Positions 37,096 through 46,878 of a stretch of DNA of 64,000 nt are shown piece after piece. A program made the position numbers and the translations under genes. Numbering within the stretch: position 1 is the stretch's first letter; every line of letters begins with the position of its first letter. The DNA lies in NCBI GenBank assembly GCA_043228905.1, contig JBHGNT010000015.1:13702001-13766000 (forward strand), written 5' to 3'. The stretch is from Azolla caroliniana. Lineage: Eukaryota; Plantae; Polypodiophyta. Below the pieces are notes generated by a model that made no database searches, was not told the origin of the DNA, and saw only the letters and a list, made by a program, of their open reading frames with translations.

Positions 37096-38503
37096 TCGAT
37101 GTTTCGGGCCACCATGTCCTGAATCCGTAGTTACCGGCCTCCATGTCCGTCCCTTCACCGCAAGGCAAGAGGGTCGCTTGCTCTGCACCCTCTCCCATGT
37201 CGTCGTCGTACGCTCTTCCGGCCTCCGTATAGGCCCCGTCTTCTACGCTTAGGGAGGCTTCTTCCTCCACATCCTCCGATCACCTCCGGCCCGACTCCAT
37301 AATAAGCCCTTCTCCGGCTTCGATTTTCCCCTTCACAAGCTCACATGCCTCCCTATTAGCGCTTCTAGGTCGAGCTCCTCCGAACCGTTTTGCGTTGAGC
37401 TCTCTTCCGGCGGTAGTGCGTACTCACTCACCGCTCTCTCTTCTCCGCCGCTCGCGGGCCACGTTGTTGCTGACCATTCCCCATCGGGTTGCTGGCATAC
37501 CCACTCCGGTTTCGCGTATCCCTATGCGTCCAATAGAGCTCCCTCAAAGGACTCCCATGACTCGTGAGCTTCTCGTAGCTCCTTGACCTCCTTGTGCACC
37601 GATACGGCCGCCACTCGAGGAAAATACTCTAGTCGCATCGATTCGTCCACGCCCCCTTTCGCCATCTTTGCCTTGTAGGCTCCCAAAATTTTTGGGACCT
37701 CGTTCCCATTGAATCGGCCAACTCGATCGATCACCCTTTTGACGGCTTGTTGAGCCACATCTCGCTTCGCCATCTTCCGTCCGGCTTCCATCACGATCTT
37801 TGCCATCATCTCTTCGAAGTCGAAGTCTTCTTCCATCTCCATGCTCCCTTGCCGCCCTTCACGTCGGGTTCACCAAAGATGTCGCGTTGTTACGCACGTG
37901 CGTGTAGAAGGGGCGGGACCACAGGGGTCTAGGACTAGGGAGTAGAGGAGAAAGAATAAGATATGTTTGGAAGCTTAGCTCAAGAGGAGAAGAAGAGAGA
38001 ATAGGATCATGATAAAGGAGAGATCGGCAGAGGTAAGATACTCAACAAGATATATTAAAACAACGAATGGTTACAACAATGGTGGCCGCATGGGCCGCAC
38101 CAAACGACTATGAGAAAACCCTAACCGAAGATAAATAATGAAAACCCTAAACGAAACCCTAACCCTAAAACGGTAAGAACTCTAGACTAAGTGGTATACC
38201 TCTCATACGCAAAATAGGCAACCCCTCATAAGTGACCCCTCCCTTCCTTTTATAGCCCAAGGAGGGAGGGACCTTACAATGTGGGATAAAATTTCCCCTC
38301 TTATTTCTATACACCATTTCCTAGTATACGTGTGCACATGTTGCACACCACCGACTTGCCCTTTCCACCCCGGTTTCCACCTATGGACGAAAATCTTCAC
38401 GACACCGGTGTCATGCCTTTCGGCTCCAGATCGTTGTCTGAATCGGGTGGGAACCACCGAGGCTTTGGTATGTTTCACATAGTGTGTGATTCACACTACG
38501 ACA

Positions 38504-40305
38504 ACGTAAAGTACGCATGGGGTATTGCTCCATTTGTGCAAATCTTAAAAGTTTGGCTAAAGGTGCAAAGACATCAATGGAAAAGGATATGAGTATGAAG
38601 TTACTACAAGAGCATCGTGAGGCACAATCGTTAGAACAAAAGAAAGTGGTGCATCATAGAGAGAAGTGTTTGAAGAGGCCCGAACAATACATGTGCTTAA
38701 TGATAGATGGCATGGACGAGAAGAAGACGTGCTTGCCGCATATGCGGAGGCTCCCCAAAGAAGTCAATGATGAGTGACTTGTTCAAAGGCACTTGGTGGG
38801 ATGCTTGGCTTATAATAGGTCTGTTGGACCTCACATACCCCAATGTTCACAATGACCCTAACCTAACAGTTACAGTGATTCACCGAGTTTTGATGTCTTG
38901 GGGCCAACCTTTCCCCCCTGTTCTATCTATACATTCAATTGGACAATACTACTAGAGAGAACAAAAATTCAACTATGTTTGGCTATCTAAGTATGTTGGT
39001 CAACCAAGGATTGTTTAGAAAAGTGAAAGTCAATTTTCTTTTGGTTGATCACACACATGATCATATAGATCAGATGTTTAGCACACTCTCCAGACAGTTG
39101 TCTCGGCATGATGCTTTCACATTACCTAAACTATTTGATGTCATTTGTGATGCATATACACCACGCCCAAAAGTGTTACACTTGAAGGAGGTATATGACT
39201 TTAAGAGATATATATCAGATGGGGGTGTTGGGAATGTTAAAGTGCTTGCCCAGTTAAACAATATAAGCTTCAATCACATTTTTATGATAAAGAAAAATGA
39301 AATAAGTGGTTCTACACTTTTGTATGCTAAACAATATTCATCTTCTACAACATGGGAACCTGAAGGTGGTTGCCAGTTATTACTTTGTATGCCGAGTACA
39401 ATTGTCCATGGAGCTAAGCAAATGCCAATTAAGAAGAAAGGACAGTTGTAGAGTGACTTGGTATCGGAACAAAAACGGTTATGGCTCCAAGCCTTAGAAG
39501 AAAAAAGAAAGCATATTGAAGCCGCCAAGAAATATGCCGCACAAAAAGACACATCATGGTGGGATGTATTTTATAGTGATCAGAAAGGAATTATAAAAAA
39601 TTGTGTATTTGGTGATAATTGGAATTTGGAAATGCCATTCACATGGTCGCTGCAACATGATCGTGTAAATAGAACTCCGGAGCAACCAGCAAATGCGATT
39701 AATGACAGTTTGGTCCATCCACAACAAAGAGACATTTATGTGGGACCAAGGATGACCAAAGCAGCTGAAGCTAGATGGCAAGGCAATTTGCAAGAGTTCA
39801 CAACGGGGATGTTGATTGCAACGCCGACTAATGAGAACTCACATGGCCACCAAGTTTGGGTTGGAAAAATTCTAGAAGTGCTAATGCATGAAATATAAAA
39901 CACGATCAAGTCTATAAACGTTCATTGGTACAACACTAGAAGTGCAAATGCTTTTACAGGTAAGTATACATTGGAGATTATTGAATGCCCAACAAGAAGG
40001 GGAGGTAGGAAGAGGAAGCAAAACATTTGTAACACCTCGACCCTTGATATCTCTGATGTGGATATCATCGTGTACGACTTCACACTTACAAAAGCCAGAC
40101 GATTAAGGAAGTCAACAATAAATATATTTTAAAAAAAATTACCAGGTCTACAAGGTGGCTCCAGTCCAAGGCAAACGAGATCTACTACATATAATCTAGA
40201 GTCAAACCATTTGGTTTATGACGAAGATAATGCACCAATTGGTACATCCGAGGATGACGAGGAGGAATCGTCATTGTATATTAGTTATAGTAGTGATTCT
40301 CCGTA
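38504..40305 (+). pseudogene. Transposase catalytic and C-terminal part (Sola-like DDD/E family)
   Basis: GYCSIC..H, LMIDGMD, IQLDNTTRENKN, FLLVDHTHDHIDQMFS. C-terminal QVWVGKILEV..INVHWY. Stops and frameshifts present. Confidence 0.8.
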
Positions 40306-41353
40306 AAGGAATGATCATGAATGTATTTTTGGCTATTAAGTGTAACTACATTCCGCTTGTAACAAATTAAGTAATATAAAAGCATGTATTTTGAATTCTT
40401 ATGATTTCTAAAAAATCGTTTCTTATAAAATAACATCGGTTGTAAAGTTTGTGATATAAATTGAGAATGTAACTTTTTGAAATTCCTCTTTTTTTAGTTA
40501 CTTCTAAATCACGAAAATAGTGAATTTTTAACCTTTTTCATAATATGTTTGAACATGTATGATACTGGTATCAATGTGTTTTGTAAAATCATTGAAAAAG
40601 CCCTAAAATCAACCAAAATTTTCCTTACCCTTCCATTTATGCGTGATCCTTCCACTTGTGAATGCGAACGTGTTATTGGGACACCAAGTTGCATAGCTCG
40701 TTATGGGCATACCGTACCAGCTATAAGACTAGCATACAATCAACACCGTTCAGGCTAGCATTTGGTCTAGAGGCCGTGATGTCAGTCGAATTCCAGGTAC
40801 CCAATTTGCGAATTCAAGTACGAGCCCGGCTACCAGAGGACAAATCCGAACAAGTACGGCTACAGCAACTACTAGAGCTAGGAGAAACAAGGTTACGCAG
40901 TATGGCCATATTAGTGGCGCAAAGCATTCGTGGACCGACACCGGCAATGCGCATGAAAAAGATTTTACGGTTGGAAAAGTGGTATTAGTTTTCCAAACAC
41001 GCATGGGGCATATGCCAGGAAAATTAAGATTCCGCTGGACAGGCTTGTACTGGATAGTAGGAGCCAAACAGGGCACGTTTCAACTGGGCACGTTGGCCAG
41101 GGAAGTGTTACGACAAAAAGTGAATGGGTTTCGCCTTAAACCTTATCTGGGACCTATGCCACCTAACTTGTTCCCCTCCGGACAGGACAAAGCTGGAGAA
41201 TCCGCGGAGTAAGTAGACGGCCCCACTTGTATTATAGTGTAAAAATAGTATTGTATGTAACCGTTATGGAAAAAAAAAAAGAGAAGATAGCGACGCTATT
41301 AAAAGGACTTAAGGCATGCACAGACTTCTAGGCCAAGAACACGCGGCACTACG

Positions 41354-43207
41354 ATGGCTCACCAACCAATGAACCCTAGGCCACAAAAAGAAGGAAATAG
41401 AAGGTTTTTTGCACAATACAGAAATCAAACTTCTAACTCTCATCGCTCTCATCGCTCCCCTTCCTCACCCTCTTCTCCATCCTATCACAGAGCTCAAGCT
41501 CGCCGCAACCAACAGTCTTCACCCATTAACCACGAGTCTATTCCGACTATGCCGATATCCATCTCTACCGCCTTGCGTCAATGGCTCGTGGAGAAACACT
41601 TGGATGGGTACATTAGAGTCGTTGAGGCACCTCCACACCCTGACACACTAGACATCGCTAGGAAGCTCAACATCGACACGGTCACCAACTCATCCATCCG
41701 GAAAAAACTGGACCTGTCATCACTAGGTGAAAGTCATTTCGAAATCCCTCCTACGGAATCCCTGCAGACATATTTCGGTCCATATTCGTCATCCCCCAAG
41801 TCATATAGAACGAAGGAGATCCCAGATCCCTTTTTCTGCGAAATCGCCAAGTTCCTGTTGGAGGTCGGATGCGTACATGTAAACACATATGGGATGCCCA
41901 AGCAGAAGGCAGGTATCATCATTGATACCTTTGAAGGGCGTACGGTCGATTGGGGGATCATTACGGGGCCGGCGTTACGGGAAGGCCTGCACACGTATCA
42001 AGGAGGCAAAAAGCTCAGGCCTATCATACAACAGTATATGACAATACTATTCCCACCCCAAGGTCTGTTGGCACCGCAGCCCAACAAACCCACGCCGCCG
42101 CCTCGATCCGCGAAGCGAAGGTTAGCAGAGTTAGACACCACAAAGTGGGAGGATGAACCCCAACCTGCCCAGCCGAACACGCGAACAACACAGGAAGAGC
42201 AGGTTGAGTGCACCGAGGAAGCGGCACAGGAGCCAGAAGTTGAACCATGACAGGAAAGCCCGAGGCCAAAACGGCGGAGACTGGACAGGAAAGATGGGCG
42301 TGGGTTAGTTAAAGACACACTCGCGGCCACGGAGACGACGAACGTGGGCGACAGCTCAGTAGCTATGGATCCCAACACCACCTTCGAAGTAATCCAGGAA
42401 CCACAACCGATCATTACGGCCTAGTCACAGCGGGGGAAAGTCGTATTGACGGCGGAAAGCAAGGTCCTAGCGTATCCGGACATTCCGGACACGGCCCATG
42501 AGTTCGGCGCACTATTACAGTTCGGAACCACTTTTGAACTCATGGAATTCTTGGCAACGCAACAGATAAAAGTCTCACAACGAATGGCCGAGGAGCACAC
42601 ACCAAATGATCGAGCGCGCGTTAACACAAACGGCGGAAAGCAACGAGGAGGATCAGTTAGCCAGAGTCAGCAGGCAGAGGAACGCCGGTATACGTCAGTA
42701 TACGCCGAATGGGGATGGAACTACCCCTATTAAATGCAGCCCTTGTCGAAGTTCATAGGGAATTGGCAAAGGTTAGTATGGGCACCAAGGATATGGCGAT
42801 TAAAAATAAAAATGTCTGGAAAAAGGTTAAACTGACCCAAGCCGAGCTACAAAAGGCCAATGAACGCATCACGGAGTTGGAAAATAACGCAACTATGGCG
42901 CAACATGTAGCTCCACCAACAACCAACGTCGTCGAAGCCCTGAGGGAAGAAGTTGAAGCTCAGACCGCCATTGCCTCGAAAGCGAAACGGGTCGTGCAAC
43001 TGGCGGAATCAAAGATTGACCGTCTCTGCGCCGAACTTCGCCAGTCCTCGGACAGAGAAAAGGACATCCAGGCCAACGGCCGAAAGGCAATGAAGACCCT
43101 TGAAGAGAAACTCGCAACGGAGACAGCACAGCACACCCGGACGAAAGAAGAAAATGCCCAATTATTGGAGGAAGCAAAAAAAACGGAAGCGGTAATCACG
43201 GGACTCC
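41354..43207 (+). pseudogene. Extra ORF downstream of gypsy pol (unknown function, coiled-coil C-terminus)
   Basis: ORFs 41354-42250, 42446-42733 and 42709-~43207 in the same orientation after the integrase stop. Confidence 0.65.
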
Positions 43208-46200
43208 GGCTAGGCTATAGTCCAAGCGAGCGTACTTGGGAACCAGTCGAGAATGTGGTAAATGTGCGAGCTCTTGTTGAGGACTTTCATCGACAATATC
43301 CCGACAAGCCAGATCCTCCATCTAAGACGACTCGTAGCACTCGTCGTCTTAAGGGGGGGTAGTGTCATGATTTAGCATGGTATGGCTTCAAAAGGATTTG
43401 AACCCATGACCTTGTGGCACATGGGCGAAAGCCTTACCATTAAGCTATACATTGTAATGCATATTCACTTAGGAAATCCATATATATTCTAGATTTCTCT
43501 GGAACCTAGAAATGTCAAGAGTATTCCTAAAGCCACTATAAAAAGAGGCACATGGCATTATCGAGAACCAAATCGGTTCAACACCAGTCTTAAGCCTCCT
43601 AGCTATCCTTGTATATTCTTTTCACATAATATATCCTTTTGTTATCATCATTCTCTCTCTCTCTCTCTCGCTCCCTCTCTCCTTTTTCTCAACTGTTCTA
43701 CACCCTCTTTTCCTCTTAGTACTAATCTTCATCTCTTAATACTAATTCCCTCTCTGTTTCAGTACTATTCCTAACAGACATATGCTAGGATTCGAAGTAT
43801 CGATAGTAAAAGGAGTGTTCAATTTCTTACTGTTAAGCGGGAGCATGATAGAAATAAATTGTTGATGGGTCCCCATGGTGGCTCCTTTCCTAATTGCAAA
43901 TTAAAATGGGACAATCATATAGTCGATGTCTAGAAGTGTATTAACTTTTACATTGTCAAAAACATCTGTATAATCTTAATACTTTTTTAAAGTTGGAGAA
44001 AAAATTGATTTTCCTTTAATGATATTGGAAGACTTTATTGATCATGCAAATAAGAACATTCATGCTTTTCTTCCTTCCTTGCGTAATTGTTGTAATGAAA
44101 TAGTTGAAATCCTCTTAGATTGAGTATCTTATTCTATAATAATAGAGGCTTGAGATTGCATATGGTTTTGTTGAGGATACTTGATTTCTTGCTTTCTCTA
44201 GTTTATTTTGGGGTTATGATGCTCAAGCTCGTAATTATATTAAAGGATATGAGACATGCCAAATTATCTAGCACAACACAAACTAGTTTAAACTCTTCTA
44301 TTATATTTTTAGAAGCAATAGGGCTTTCTAACAATGAGTACTACAGAAGTTGGACAAGGAAGTTTTCGTAGAGTTACCTAATCAAGTTGAGCAAAATCTT
44401 TGTCCATGAAGCAAGAATTAGCCTCGGTATCTAGTGGTGCTAAAACATGAACTTGATGATTACTTGTTTTTCTAACATCCACTTGAACAGAGAACACCTT
44501 ATTAACTTACTTAGAAGAAATGGAACCACTAATGGGATGTATAGATCTTGGATTATCCAACCAAACAACTCCTATTTTGGTTGGATTTAATCATTTAACT
44601 CATCATCTTATTAACGTCGAACCTCAACTTTATTTGATAAGCTTGGACCGCTAAGATTATTAGATACCCCTAATGAACTAGACTGTTTATCAATAGTAGC
44701 AACTTGGTTTACTTGGCGTCTAGACCTATGGGATAATTTATTGCATATGTCATGAGCCACCACAATACTAACGTTGGTGGTTTGCTTGACATCATTGCTT
44801 TTCCTTTTTTTATAATGGTTCGTGACGATGTGTTGCATGGATTTCCATTGGTGCTGAAGAATTTGTAAAAGATGTACTATATGACTCCCATGGGTAGGGT
44901 TTTGCTAGGATTGATGCATAAGTGGGATTTGATCTTATCCTTGCCATTGGTTGTTAAACTAGGCTAATGTTGTACTGCTTACAAATATGCCTACTAATCC
45001 CACTTAAGATGTATTAATTGGATATCGAGAAGGATGCTAGATTACTAAACATACCAAGTTGTGGAAGCCTTTAAATTGTGATTGTGTTCCATTAAACTTC
45101 ATGAGAAGACTAATGTTTGGCTCTTTAAGGATTCCTTGAGTTCTTGTTCCTTCTTGTTCTAGAGACATGGTAGTTGCTTCTAATTATTGTACTCATAATG
45201 TCAATTGCTCATGTTGTTGTTGCTTCTCTATGGTAATTTGTTGAAGATCACCCAATAAGCATTGGTTCTCTTGTTCCAGTAGGAGAAACATTCCCTTCAA
45301 GTGCTAAAGCTTTGAAAGGAGAAATTGATATTCTTGTGTGCTAACTAATTGTTAGGATCACAAAAAAAAGGGTGAGACAGAGACACGGAGTAAGAGAAAA
45401 GAATATGATAGAATGGAAATATATTAACTAAATTTCATCATCAATATCGGAATAAGATGAGTCCTAGTTCATTTGCGACTCATGGAACTTATCATTGTGA
45501 TAATAGAGATTTGAATCCATGATATCTTCAAAGAAAATGTGTAACCGTAACCACTAAGATAAATTATATTATACATTGAAATAAACATATTACTTATAAT
45601 ATTTTGATAAGTTTGTTTAGATCACTAAGAGAATATATATATGTAACATTATGAACTATCGTCACCTCGCACATGCTAATGCATGATCACCAAGTTGCAA
45701 GGCAATCATACATGTGTATGAGGTCGCAAGCACTCATGTGTTCAAACCATGCCATATAATCATTTGTTTATGATTGATGAACCATTCTAATTCAATGCCA
45801 GTCTTTAGCATATACTTGTAACCCTTGTTCTTATTGTTAATACATTGTCAATCTCCTCTTATTGCTCTATTCTCATTCTCTTCTTCAATTCAGTCTTGTT
45901 CTGGGCAATGGGTTTAATAGATAGAATTGAACCTTATCTATCTCCAAAGGTTCATCAAGATGTGTTAGAATTGGTGTGCATTGGAAGGAACATCGACATT
46001 AACACTAGTTATCATAGACACGTCACACATTCTCAGTGATATTTGTACAGTTGATTCTCACATTGTGCAACTTCAGTGATCGCCTCATTGACGGAAATTA
46101 ACTCAAGTATCATGAGCAAGATAATGTTTACTTCATTCTAGAGCCCACAACAAAATTGATTGAGGAGAACCTTGAATACCAATTGACATTGCAAGCAAGT

Positions 46201-46878
46201 TGATGAAACTTCCATGTATAAGTCAACATTGCCCAAATTCTTGTTGTAGGTTGTTAAGGCTACAAAATCCTCCAATGGGGTGATGATTTTTCCATCAATG
46301 ATGCAAAAGACACTTCCTTGAACCAATCAAGAGGGAGCCAACGAGCCCGACAAGCTTGGGGTAGTCAGAGTATCATTGAGGTTGTAGATGAATGGCCAAT
46401 CAAATCTTATTGATGAATCCCTCTAAGTCATTTTTTTAGGGAGGTTAATTTTTGTCCTAGGGGTTTGGCAAAGATGGAAGTTGATGTCATAGGCGCGTTG
46501 AGACAAAGCTCATAAAGAACACAAGAGAATGTTATTTTGCAATTGAAGTTGTCAAAGGACCATCATGATTTGGTTGAGCTCAATGGTGGAGTTCAACATG
46601 GTAACACTTGGATACAAAGAGGGATGACAAGATATTAGAGGAAGAAGAGCAAATTTCCACAACAACAAGATATCAATGACCTATCTTGATCTTCTTGAGA
46701 ATCGACTATGGTGAAGAACCTCATCGATTCAATCGATAAGCCATCATGAATTAACATGTGACCTCAGGACTTACAAATGGCAACCCACAAATACACCATC
46801 TCTAAACCTTACAATAACACATCCTCTCTAACTATTTAAATTAGTTAGATGTCACATTGATGAGGCATGACATATAAG

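Larger units (their letters stand above)
28325..38404 (-). mobile_element. Non-autonomous LTR retrotransposon (525-bp LTRs 28325-28849 and 37880-38404; PBS-Trp; 4-bp TSD CCGG)
   Basis: The LTRs differ at roughly ten positions by eye. ccgg at 28321-28324 and 38405-38408. tggtgaacccgacgtgaa on the minus strand at ~37858-37875. PPT at 28850-28859. Gag-like ORF 37522-37842. No pol motifs seen. Confidence 0.9.
27606..38503. mobile_element. Short LTR-like unit (~0.8 kb net: ~27606-28324 + 38409-38503) splitting the transposase
   Basis: Ends tgt...tacgaca. Right flank acgt; left flank is a damaged acgt (ccact). Removal restores IIP-RKVRMG. Its first ~60 bp recur at 38409. Confidence 0.65.
20494..40658. 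mobile_element. TIR DNA transposon (~9.3 kb net of nested LTR elements) carrying a Sola-like transposase and a ParB-like/DNA methyltransferase gene
   Basis: Left end caagtggaaggattgcacat; right end reverse complement caagtggaaggatcacgcat (13 bp perfect, ~20 bp imperfect). Both ends coincide with breaks in the gypsy integrase reading. AT-rich interior with two divergent genes. Confidence 0.85.
16945..43207 (+). mobile_element. Non-chromovirus Ty3/gypsy (Tat/Athila-like) inserted in the chromodomain; RT/RH largely deleted, 3' LTR lost
   Basis: LTR 16945-17413 followed by a tggcacgc PBS. Gag 17703-18326, knuckle CFVCQQPGHYATQC, PR IIDGGSGVN. RT start PVQQRQYR ends at a deletion (~20188). INT pieces LWWPTM (20480) and WAYRTSYK/VNGFRLKPY (40660-41212). 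Confidence 0.85.
12000..43776 (+). mobile_element. Ty3/gypsy chromovirus (Tcn1/Tf1-like), full extent with nested insertions; LTRs 12000-12452 and 43363-43776; TSD GACAT
   Basis: Matching LTRs tgtcatga...cctaaca. gacat at 11995-11999 and 43777-43781. PPT aagggggggtag before the 3' LTR. gag, PR (LLDSGA), RT (YLDD), RNase H, INT and chromodomain in order. Confidence 0.95.

Noticed and set aside
42709-43362. Novel coiled-coil-chromodomain fusion protein
   Set aside because: A chance in-frame junction made by the deletion that removed the inner gypsy's 3' end. The chromodomain half belongs to the outer chromovirus.
43394-43447. Functional tRNA gene
   Set aside because: Only A/B-box-like parts are present, with no convincing acceptor stem or cloverleaf. 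Reported as an LTR cassette instead.
43900-46870. Host genes in this AT-rich stretch
   Set aside because: Only short, stop-ridden frames that look like old retroelement debris. Boundaries could not be supported.
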